Made by a program: the position numbers and the translations under genes
The notes under the pieces: model-generated
Seen by the model: the letters and a program-made list of their open reading frames with translations, nothing else
What the model was told of the DNA's origin: nothing
The model's database searches: none
DNA from: Selaginella moellendorffii
Lineage: Eukaryota; Plantae; Lycopodiophyta
Direction of reading: 5' to 3'
DNA length: 20,893 nucleotides
Assembly (NCBI RefSeq): GCF_000143415.4
Contig: NW_003314506.1
Span: forward strand, 1-20,893
Part shown: positions 8,905-19,249 of the stretch, piece by piece
Position numbering within the stretch: the first letter of the stretch is position 1
Layout of the letters: each line of letters starts with the position of its first letter

Positions 8905-10539
8905 TACCTCAGATCATACACATGAGCTCCCATGGTTGTCCAACCCGCCACCTACTCCATATGGTCAAAATGTACCCATGCACAGTAGAGGGACCAAGTC
9001 ATTCAGGCCCTGCTGGGAGATCCCAGTACCGACAGCGCACACCACGACTCACCAACCCCAAAGGAATCCACATGGCTCACTACTCTACTGCCCCACCTCT
9101 CTATTGGCACCAGCTCTGGTCCAGCACCCCCAACCATCCCAGTAGTTGAGCTCTCCCCTGCCCAGGAAAGTCCACGCCCAACGAAGCACACGTCAGCCTC
9201 ATTGCAACAATTTGCAAAAATGAAGGAATAAGAGGTGTTGTATCTGGGATGGACGCGCATGGAGGAACTACATGTCAAAGTCAACAAGGCAACTTCCAAC
9301 CGTTCCAATGCGGCGCCCACCCTGTCCGATGTCACAGTCCCAATTCCTGGGGAGATCTAAGTCAAAGCCAATGAGATCCTCATGGAGCTACAGTAACGCC
9401 AAGTCCTAGAAGCCAAGACACTTGTCCTTGCAATCTTCGAAGGAGGCAAACCAGATCGGGAGTTAGCCATGCAGTGGTGGGACGAATGCTTCCAAGAGGC
9501 AGGAGTTGCTTTTCGGGGTCGGCAGGTCACATTTCTCGGCCACAACTGCTACAGAATCAAAGTCTGCACCGAGATGAACCGCCACACACTCATCACCACA
9601 CAACAAATCACAGCCAACCTATGAGTGCTTCTTCTACCGCTACCCACTGGGCTTCTCACCAAGTCAAAAGGAGACGATCCACCAGCCGACGATGGAACTG
9701 GACCTCATCATTGACGACCTCTCCAAAACCAACAACACCCCGGTGTTTCTGGCCATGATGGTTGAAGGTTTGTGCAGTACTTGGGGAAAAAAGCCACTCA
9801 GGAGGAATCAGGCGGACAGCTCATCCATGTCCTGTTCACAGGTAAAGCTCCCATCCCCTACAAAATTTGGATGCTTGGCAAGGTATACTTGGTCCACATT
9901 GTGGAGTCTCGCACAACACCCACAACCACACCAGCACCATCCGCACAAGTTGAGAGCCGCAAGTGCAAATGAAGCCCAACCACTCGGACTGGCACCTCAA
10001 GGAGACCACCTGGCCGGGACTCAGTGTACCACACCGGGCGCTCACAGGGATGGAGAGCTTCGCCCATTCGCTCCTCAGGATGGGGAGCCGATCCATCAGC
10101 TCAACAGTTGCCCTCTCCAACCCAGCCTCAACTGGAACGGTTGCCGGAAGTGAACACCCAACCCCACGCCAAAGAATCCGCCTCCAGGTCCTCTCAGCGC
10201 CTCCAGGTCCGTCTCTGGATGCATGTCAGCACCTCACGACCAAGGAGGTACCTGGCGGTGTGGCGTGGCTCGCCCACAGGGTGCACTCTCCCATCCTTCC
10301 ATATGGCACGGAATCAGCTCCTAGACCAGGGCCTTCATGTGTTCCTTCAGGCCTCTGAAATCATCAACGACATCTCGTACCGGGTGGAAGTAGACAAGTG
10401 CACTATAGTGGGCAGCAACATGGACCTGTACGCAGCCCTCCTCACCAAAAGCGGTGTCATCCCCGCGAGAGGAGGGAGAGATCGCAAATTCTCGTGGGTA
10501 GAATGCGGTCGAATCTCCATCAACAACGACAATGACTAA
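8905..10539 (+). pseudogene. LINE ORF1 (disrupted; plant LINE ORF1/DUF4283-like middle region)
   Basis: A Pro-rich N-terminal part is followed by LAIFEGGKPDRELAMQWWDECFQEAGVAFRGRQVTFLGHNCYRIKV, with in-frame stops and frameshifts near 9625 and 9775. It ends at TAA 10537-10539, overlapping the ORF2 ATG (ATGACTAA). The domain name is an inference from position and pattern. Confidence 0.65.
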
Positions 10540-13495
10540 TCTCAGCGTGCTTTTGTGGAACGTAGGAGGCATTAGTAAGGACGGAGTGCTATGGAATGAC
10601 AAGAAGGCGAGGCTACGACAGTACCTTCACCAGTTAGGAGTAATAGGAAAGTGTGACTTTTTATGTTTCCAGGAGCATAGAATGCAAGAACACCAGACAA
10701 TCTTTAAGTTTTCACAAGGCGAACACTTCTGGAACCCTGCCGTTGGAAGGCGAGGAGGAACCCTCATCATCGCTAAAGGACCATGGCAATCCCTAGGCAC
10801 CTCGAACCAGATCCTAATCCCTGGACACGCTCACATGATAGTGATAAAAGTAAATGCCTGAACCATAGGCCTATTGAACATCTACACCCCGGCATCCCGC
10901 TCCACCTCATGAGCACACTTCTTCTGAATTCTGCAGCGTCGTCTTCCAACCGGAATCGACGATTGGATCCTGGCTGGTGACTTCAATTTCGTGGACCACG
11001 AGGAGGATAAATGGGGAGGCATAATCCAGGATAGATGTACACGTGTGGAACGCCTTGCATGGAACTCATTCCTCTTACAAATTGGCACCTGCGACACTTA
11101 TGAGATCCCAGCGTTTGTGACACATGAACCGCGCTTCACATGGCGAGAACGCCAACACAGAGGCATACAACGTCGTCTGGACCGCTTCTACCTCACCATG
11201 GACCTGTGCATGCAAGGAGGGAAGTTGGACATCGACAACACCTACACGGACTTCTCGGACCACCATCCAATTAGACTCACACTTCCCTTTCGAAGATCGA
11301 GAGGTCCAAGGAAGCCAATTGCCATACCCAAGAAGTTCTTTGAGGAGCAGGCCAACAATAACCGGGCGCACGAGCAATGGGAAAAACACAAGGGGAACAT
11401 ACACTCCTTCACCCTTCAAATCGCTCAAGAGGCTCAAGCCAAGATCCGGAAAGATAGGAGAGGTGTCTTTAACACAGTCCAAAAGGTTCGGAGAATCCTG
11501 ACCTCAATCAACACTGACCTTTGCAGCAACCCGGATGACCAGTGGCTACAAGCTCAAAAAATCCAGGTTAAGCACCAACTGGAAAGGATAGAGGCCGACA
11601 AGATGGAAGCCTTCCTAAAAGCAGGACACATCAGATGGCACGCAAGTGAGCTCGTGCTGAACAAGGAGTTCTATCGATCCATAAGATCTAAAGTTGTCTC
11701 CCCGCCAATGTTTGGATTGAAGGATGAACAAGGGCAACTGCACACAGAGATCGACGACATGCACAACATGGCAGAACACTACCACTCCCAGCTTTTCAAG
11801 GAGGAACCATGGGATGAGGTTAGGCAAGAGAAACTTGAGCGAGTGCTGGAGCATATACCGACCAAGTACACCCTAGCAATGAACACCAGACTAATGAGAC
11901 TTTTCACACTGTGAGAACTAAAGGACACCCTAGATGACCTCAAGGACGACAAGATGCCAGGGGAGGACGGCATGCCACCAGCCTTCTACAAACAAAACTG
12001 GGAATGGATCGGACCAGAAGTTCTCAAGATGTGGCAAGAAACCATGTGAGCTGGGAAGTGGCCAGAAGGAGCTATGGATGGGATCATTGTGCTAATACCA
12101 AAAAAAGGAGATATGTCCCACCTCAAGAACTGGAGGCCCATCTCTATGCTCAACACCATATACAGGATCATAGCAAAAGCCTTGGCATCACGTCTCAAGC
12201 CTCTGCTCCCAGAAACAATTAAGGAGACACAGAACGGCTTCGTGGAGGGCAGGAAAATTGTGGACAATCTCCTAACAGTCCTTCTAGTGCAAGAACACAC
12301 CAAAGACATGGCAGAGCAGATCGCAATCATTCTCTTGGACTTTGAAAAAGCCTACAACCGGGTGGATTGGAAAGTTCTCCAGGCCATAATGATCAACTAA
12401 GGAGTTCCTCTGCAGTTCATGGAATGGACAGCATCCCTGTACCACTCGGCATCAAGCAGGGTTACAATCAATGGAACCATGGGACAATCCTTCAAACTTG
12501 AAAGATCGGTCCACCAAGGATGCCCCCTCGCACCATACCTATTCCTATTCGTTGCAGATGCTCTGGCCTACTACCTCACCCGACCAGAGGGCCCAAAAGT
12601 TATGCCCCTTCCAGGCTGTGGCTCCGCGCTCCAGGACATGAATGAAGCCTCAAAGGAGGACCTCCTATCCTCAGCCTTTGCAGATGACACAAGCCTGATC
12701 ATGGAGGGATCACTAGAGAACCTCTCAAACGTCAAAAGGGACCTGGACTTCTTCAATGAGGCCATGGGATCAAAAATAAACTGGCACAAATTGGTAGGAC
12801 TATGGCTCCCCCCCGGCAGACCTCCAACATGGGGTATGGAGCTGGGTTTCAAATGGCTGGACACGGAGGAGACCACCCGCTACCTTGGATTCCAAGTCGG
12901 ACGCCAGTATGATCCAGAACCTCAGAACCAAAAAGCAGTTACAAAACTAAGGGATCAACTCAAGTTCTGGGCGAGCAGAAAACTATCATTCTTAGCACAC
13001 TGTATGGTGGCAAACAGCATCCTGCTTGGAGCGATCTAGTTCCTGGCAGCATGTTGGAATATGGACAGACGAATGATCCAGGAAATGTACCAACTCATTC
13101 GAACCTATGTCTGGAAAGGCTCCTCCTGTGTCTCACGTGGTGGAGCAAAGGTCAGCTGGCGGTCAGTAACACTTCTGAAGCACGAAGGAGGCCTCAATAT
13201 TATTGACATCGAAGAACAATGCAAGGCTCTCCTCTTCAAGATTTTCACGAGGATGCTCATGCCTGGCAACCAACCATGGAGAACACTGCTGCGAGCACAA
13301 CTTTTGAAAGTCCTCTTGGATAGGAATGAGCACACCAGACAAAACTGGGCGACAGATGAACAATGCTCTTCTCGGACACCAAACTCAAAATGACAAAGGC
13401 TCACACGTTCTCAGGAAAGTTGTTCAAGCTTTGGAGGCAATTCAAATGCAAGTTGGAACATAAACCACCTCGTACCAAAGAACAACTCAACCGGC
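10532..13495 (+). pseudogene. LINE ORF2: AP-endonuclease plus reverse transcriptase
   Basis: APE motifs LLWNVGG, CFQEH, NIYTP, GDFN, RLDRF and SDHHP. RT motifs PGEDG, WRPISMLNTIYRIIAKAL, QNGFVEGR, LDFEKAYNRVDW, QGCPLAPYLF, FADD and YLG. Seven in-frame stops, and a frameshift near 13360. Confidence 0.96.
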
Positions 13496-13867
13496 NNNNN
13501 NNNNNNNNNNNNNNNNNNNNNNNNNNNNNNNNNNNNNNNNNNNNNNNNNNNNNNNNNNNNNNNNNNNNNNNNNNNNNNNNNNNNNNNNNNNNNNNNNNNN
13601 NNNNNNNNNNNNNNNNNNNNNNNNNNNNNNNNNNNNNNNNNNNNNNNNNNNNNNNNNNNNNNNNNNNNNNNNNNNNNNNNNNNNNNNNNNNNNNNNNNNN
13701 NNNNNNNNNNNNNNNNNNNNNNNNNNNNNNNNNNNNNNNNNNNNNNNNNNNNNNNNNNNNNNNNNNNNNNNNNNNNNNNNNNNNNNNNNNNNNNNNNNNN
13801 NNNNNNNNNNNNNNNNNNNNNNNNNNNNNNNNNNNNNNNNNNNNNNNNNNNNNNNNNNNNNNNNNNN
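13496..13867. other. Assembly gap (372 N)
   Basis: Run of N. Confidence 1.
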
Positions 13868-13878
13868 CCACTGCACAC

Positions 13879-14266
13879 TGTAAGCCCTAGGGTAGGTTAA
13901 TTCCCTTACCGTAACATGCCTTAATATACCCTTGAGCCTCCCTTTGACCGACGTTGACCAATCTCAAGTAGGAGTTTCTTGAGTGGGAGATTTGTAGCCA
14001 TATCCCATATAATGCACTTTTTCCATCTTTGTGAGGATTTACTGTCTAATAAGGGGGTGGTCCAAACTTGAGTTGAGTCAAGTCAATGCTAATTAACATA
14101 ATCAATCATAAGTATTATGAGGAACTGTCACGTCGGAAAAATGTTACTCTTTGGTGAGCTTGAAATCATAGAGACACTTAGGGCTCTCTTATCAGGCATC
14201 TACCCCCTTTTCAAGTGGCTCAAGGAGGGAGAAAGATCTCCCTTGGTTTTTTCTTGTGCACTTTCA
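13879..14266 (+). mobile_element. LTR-like segment related to the TRIM LTR
   Basis: 14175-14234 matches the 3' half of the TRIM LTR (50/60 identities to the solo copy). Candidate termini are TGTAAG...CTTTCA. There is no clean TSD, so the boundaries are tentative. Confidence 0.4.
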
Positions 14267-14287
14267 TATAGATAGTGCATGGCATGC

Positions 14288-14449
14288 TGTAGCACACATT
14301 ATTTCTCTCCCCTTAAGCCAATTGAAAAAGGGGTAATTGCTTGATAAGAGAGCCTTTAGTGGCTATTTTATCCCCATCTATCCCCCAAGGTTCCAAAGAT
14401 TCACAGTGACAGTATATCCAAATCTCATCCCATGATCACATGTGTTACA
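14288..14449 (-). mobile_element. Solo TRIM LTR (162 bp) with 5-bp TSD CATGC
   Basis: Reverse complement of 8267-8428 (roughly 90% identical by eye), with TG..CA ends and CATGC at both 14283-14287 and 14450-14454. Confidence 0.95.
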
Positions 14450-15325
14450 CATGCCATTTGAGGGGATCAAAAGAGGCAAGTACTCACGAATGATTGTGGA
14501 TGCCAATGGACATATGGTTCTAGATTCCATAATTGCAACAACATAGCCCATCAAGCTTGTGAGCAACTCCCCTCTCAAGACTAACCCCTTGGCACCCAGA
14601 GTTTCTCCTTTAGGGATCAAGAGAGACAAGTTCTTTAGTAACTCCACTCTCAAGTCGCAAAGATTGATTCTTTGGTACTTGGAGCTTCTCCCATCATCTT
14701 TTTGCTAGCTTTCACTCAAGACCATGGCTTGAGCTAGAAGGCTGCAACTACAAGTACCTCCATGCGAAGACCCTTTTTTTGCTCTTTGTTGGTTTTGTGC
14801 ATAACAAAACTTCTTGTTGCAGCTCTTTGCTGGTTTCATGCCTTAACGAAACTCAGCCCAGAGTTGGTTTCCTGGTGAATAAAACCCTTGTTTAACAAAA
14901 TCTGATTCCAACAGACCCTTGTTCTCATGTCTTATCTCCTCAAAGCTCACATAGTTGTTGTCTCCAAATTTGCCTTGAAGTTGTCGCTCTACACATGCCT
15001 CATGCTCAAAGACTTCTAGTGTGAATGTTTCATCACTTTCCTGCAGATCTGGGGCTCCAAACTATTGATGAAGACCAACACTAGAAGCTGCTCATTAGGA
15101 TGATCTCTACCATGAAAGCTTTCCAAGTGTTATTGAATCTCACTGTATAGTCTTCATCCTCCAATTGCTGCAATCAGAATAACTGCTCCAAGGCCCTTCA
15201 TAAATGACACCTTTAGTGTGTTGAAATTTGCCACCTCTCTTGGCAGAAGACTCTTCACCCAGGCCTAAGCTCTCCTGTGCACAGCTAGTGAGTAACATTT
15301 GCCTAGACCACTACTTTTGGTGCTG
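14450..15325 (-). pseudogene. Decayed coding-like remnant, possibly gag-like
   Basis: Broken minus-strand frames (..QQLEDEDYTVRFN.., ..EQLLVLVFINSFGAPDLQE..) with coding-like composition. The family cannot be assigned by eye. Confidence 0.25.
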
Positions 15326-17078
15326 TGGACAATAAGAAAGAACAAACAGTCTAGAGTGCATAAAATAGCCTATGGAAGTTACTTGTTGGTTAAGCACCAG
15401 AGAATGTATTTCACAAGAATTTTATAATCTCAATGGAGTAGAGAGTTCTTACTTGGAAAGGGTAAAATGTTATAGTGGTGACACCATTCCCCACTATTTG
15501 TGTTGATGTGCAATGGCTAAACAATTAATATTTTCAGTGCTATACAAATGCCTCAATCTAAATAAGTGTTTGGCCTCATTAGATGCTATGTTTAATATTT
15601 GAATATGCTAAGAAGTATACTAGAATATACATTTAAAGACAAACCACTGAAATAATAACTAATTTGCTATGTGCTGCATGCAATAACACTTAGTTTTCTT
15701 AATAGTAGTGTTAACCCTCTTAACCAAATGGAAATTTATACTATAAACATATTTATAATTTAGAAATACAAGAATAATTTTATTGAATATCAACAAACTA
15801 ATAATTCTTATATTAATATTACAACAGAAAATTGAAGCCCTTTGCATAATCATGCATCATGTGAGAATTTAGAGTTTGAGTAGATTATTGAAACAGTGGG
15901 TTTAAGCTTTCTTATAACTGGACATACTCATGAAGATGTAGATGGACTCTTCAGCCATATGTTGGAATCACTTCAATGGGCAAGTTATTTCATTGTTCCA
16001 CACTGATGAGATTTCAAAAATGCATTCACAAAAAGCATATTAGTCTTTATAACTAAGGTTGCAGATTTCAAAGTGCTCTCTCAAAAATGATTTTTGTAAA
16101 AAGGGTAGTTACATTCTTATTAGCTACTAAAAGCCTTTAGAGTTTCATGTTAGCAAGATAAAACTCTAGTCATGCTTAATGTGGCTTTTAGTTATATCCA
16201 AGGTTTTCCATGCCAGCCTAACAATAATAATATTATTGGTAGTATTTCTAAAGTTTTGGATGAAGGACATCCCAACATATCCATTGATTAAGAATAACTA
16301 TACAAAAAGGTGATGATCAGTAATTTTAAATCTTAAGAAGTCCCATGGTCAATTATGTGAAGGTTTTGGACTTTTTCCATTGGTACAAACTCCAGTGGAT
16401 GATTCAGATTTAATGCCTATATTATAAACAATATTGAACTCGAAGTAGATATGTTTATTAAGGATAATCAAAGTTCAACAAGTTCCACCTACCTTAATAT
16501 GAATGATTTATATTAGTGATTAATATTAAGCACTTATTACAAATGATTTAGAGGAAGTTTAAATGTGGAAAATTACAGCTGTTAGATTAGGGAATATCCT
16601 AGAATATACTTTAATATTCTAGGTATATTCTTTACACTCTCTCATTTTCTAAAGAAAATATACATTTAATATTTATGTATGGCTATAATACCATATACTA
16701 GTTCTAGAATAGTAGACATTATAGATGACACAATGTTGTTAGTGTCATACAAATATAGATGATGATTTTAAAGGACGGCATTACAATAATACACTAGTTT
16801 GAGTGCAATTATTTGTGTGGATTGGAGCCTTTTTTTGAACATTTTCAAGTGTGTATTTGGATATGTTGACAATTATAGTGCTACTTTTTAGCAATTGTAT
16901 CATCTCTATCAAGGGCTATCTAAGTCAGCTATGCAATTTCATGTTTGCTTCTGGAGCATTTTGCTTTATATAGAACCAAATATGTCAGATTGGATCACAT
17001 GATATTGAGCTTGGTCTTTTAATATTTGCTAAATAATAGTTTATCATGTCTACTAAGACACCCTCTCTATTATGCCTA

Positions 17079-17692
17079 GTGGATTCTTTCTTTGATGATG
17101 ATTATGCATCTCTTTATTGATGGAATGATTGATGATGTTTCATGATAATTAGTTATTCTCTTTGATGGCTTTTGGCTTTTCTCATTACCATATGTTTTTT
17201 GTAGTTTGCTCTAGATTAATTTCTTAGGTTTGAGATATAAGTTGAATGTTGTTTACACTTGTTTAACAAACTTGAGTTCCTTAGTATAGTTAACTGAGAT
17301 CTATTCGGATTGGCTGGTATAATGGTTGGCATGAATGAGTATTTGTTTAATTTGCAATATTCATTATATTTTGTTGATTGTTACTACAGTTAGTTTTAAT
17401 AGATTTAAATGTTATTTTTTTAAGTGATATATTTATGAGCATTTTGCTTGTCAGTCAATAATATTTTATGTTCTTTGAGCTATCTTTCTTAAGTTGTTTG
17501 ATGTGCTATCTACAATCTTTCATAGTTAAACTTTCTTATTGAGTTTTCTTGACAATAAACTTACTATTAAATTTTGTTGATTGGTTAATCCTATAACTTT
17601 AACCTTTTATGATCTTAGTGGTTCCTATACTCTATTTTATACTAGTTTATCAAATGATAACTGCATAAGACTACTTTTGTGTTCTAATCTAG
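17079..17692 (+). mobile_element. Old, AT-eroded fragment homologous to the reverse complement of 241-853
   Basis: GATGATTATGCATCTCTTTATTGATGGAATGATTGATGAT and TCTCTTTGATGGCTTTTGGCTTTT are shared, and similarity is collinear over ~610 bp. Confidence 0.88.
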
Positions 17693-17889
17693 GATCTATT
17701 GAGGAATCTATTTTTTGTATGCCACTTTCATTTGTGTTGGGACCGATTGATCAAGCATTTCATTCTCATGAGCTTACTGATGCATCATAACATAGGAAGC
17801 ATCTAACGAAGTCACTATATCCACCTGACTATCCAATAAAGGTCGAGAGCCATGATTCACCTCTACAAACTCCACAACATATCAAAACT

Positions 17890-18125
17890 TGTTGTAGATC
17901 ATTTTCATACTATCACCTTTTGAGAGGGTTGATGCCCGAGCACCCTCATCTCGATGCTGCGAAGTTCTATGAGAAGGTTTATTCTGCTCTTTTTTGTCTT
18001 TTTTCTTGATGTGATGAGAAGTTTTTTTATGTTTGTTACAGGTGAATCAAGATCTCACCCAAACCGATCTCCGTGATACAATAAGGAACCCGGAAATAGC
18101 TCACAGATTTAAGCACCCACAATAG
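17890..18125 (+). other. Possible 3' fragment of a spliced gene (65-nt GT-AG intron at 17977-18041)
   Basis: AAG|GTTTATT..T-rich..TTGTTACAG|GTG. The joined frame reads LLRGLMPEHPHLDAAKFYEK/VNQDLTQTDLRDTIRNPEIAHRFKHPQ*. The product is not recognised. Confidence 0.3.
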
Positions 18126-18159
18126 AAATTAGAAAATAATTTCCATAAAGTGGTGATAC

Positions 18160-19173
18160 TTCTGATAGAAACTTCAGGCTTGAATTGTAATTTGCCAAAA
18201 ACTCTGCTGGTTTCCCAGGTCAAAGTGTGTCAGGCTTGCCTGCCACTATCACTGAGCGCACTTCTTTAAGAATGGAGTTTCCAAGAAAATTGAACACATT
18301 AAGTCCAGAGTTTTCTGAAAAGAAACAAGACCATAAGAAAACGAGTGAAAAAAGAAAAAGGCATTTGGAAAGCTTACCAGATGCTACGATATCCAACATG
18401 AATTTACAATCTTGAGCAATATGCACCTCAACCTGTTTATAGTCTTCCTCTGGCTTGTCTGCAGCTCCTCCACCCACCAAGTCTTTGGAAGAATTCCCAG
18501 GAAAAATCCTGGAGACACACAATTGTGATATGAAAAGCCTCTTCAGCTCCAGCAGTGTCGTCAATAGCCACATAAGCACGTAGACACGCCTTTCCAGCCT
18601 TTCTCGTCACGCCTTTCCAGCCTCGTTTTAATACACTTCTCCAAGTTTTCTCTCAGGGAGGCATTGGCATTCTGGATCCTCTTTTCTATGGTTTTGATAA
18701 ACGGTGACAAGAAAGATAAGTGTCACCTTTTCTGAAAAATAGAACTTCACCTGGACGTGGGCAACATAGAACTTTAGACAATTCATCTCACTCGCAATTC
18801 GCTCCAACAATCAACTCCTCAGGTCGTCACCACTGTTGTCGACTGGATCCAGAGATCCTTCACTGCCACTCACTAGATTTCTATTGGAAATTCTATTTTC
18901 CTTGAGCTCCAGCAAGAGCTTCTCGATCTGCAAGCAAGCTAGGAGTTGACACCATCGCGCATGGTGACGAGCTTACCTTGCAGCTCTTGCAATGGTGTGA
19001 GCATCCGGAGCACAGCACCGTCCACATCCACGAGCTGCGTGCTGAGGCGCACGAAATCGTTGTAATCCCTGTTGATGAGATCGACGAGCTCGTTCTTGAG
19101 CACTGCAAGGTGACTGTGCAGCTCGCCATGCAGCGCCTCGAGCAGCATGAAGCTGTGCAGGCTAGTCAAAACC
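18160..19173 (-). pseudogene. COG2: Conserved oligomeric Golgi complex subunit 2 pseudogene fragment (N-terminal part, intron-containing)
   Basis: LKNELVDLINRDYNDFVRLSTQLVDVDGAV, LLERIASEMNCLKFYVAH, PFIKTIEKRIQNA, LRAYVAIDDTAGAEE, DYKQVEVHIAQDCKFML, SGLNVFNFLGNSILKEV and PGKPAEFLANYNSSLKFL follow plant COG2 in order. A 63-nt GT-AG intron lies at 18315-18377. Stops, frameshifts and deletions are present. Confidence 0.92.
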
Positions 19174-19249
19174 CTGAAAAATAAAACTCGAGTTTGTGTG
19201 TAAACAGAGCACACTAAAATAAACAAATTTGTGAGCTTCGAAGTGGATT

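Larger units (their letters stand above)
8905..13495 (+). mobile_element. L1/Tx1-type LINE retrotransposon (inactive); 5' boundary approximate, 3' end lost in the gap
   Basis: ORF1-like region followed by an overlapping APE-RT ORF2. Confidence 0.92.

Noticed and set aside
9003-13404. Minus-strand and off-frame ORFs over the LINE
   Set aside because: Shadows of the LINE coding frames with no independent motifs.
13363-13890. Long ORFs of 129-175 aa
   Set aside because: Artefacts of translating the N gap.
16580-16785. Possible old LTR (TGTTAG...TTACA, with an internal palindrome at ~16592-16630)
   Set aside because: No TSD, PBS, PPT or second copy to support it in very AT-rich sequence.
18220-19226. 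Functional COG2 gene
   Set aside because: In-frame stops, frameshifts, a lost splice acceptor and missing termini. The ORF 18220-18579 merely reads through a 63-nt intron.
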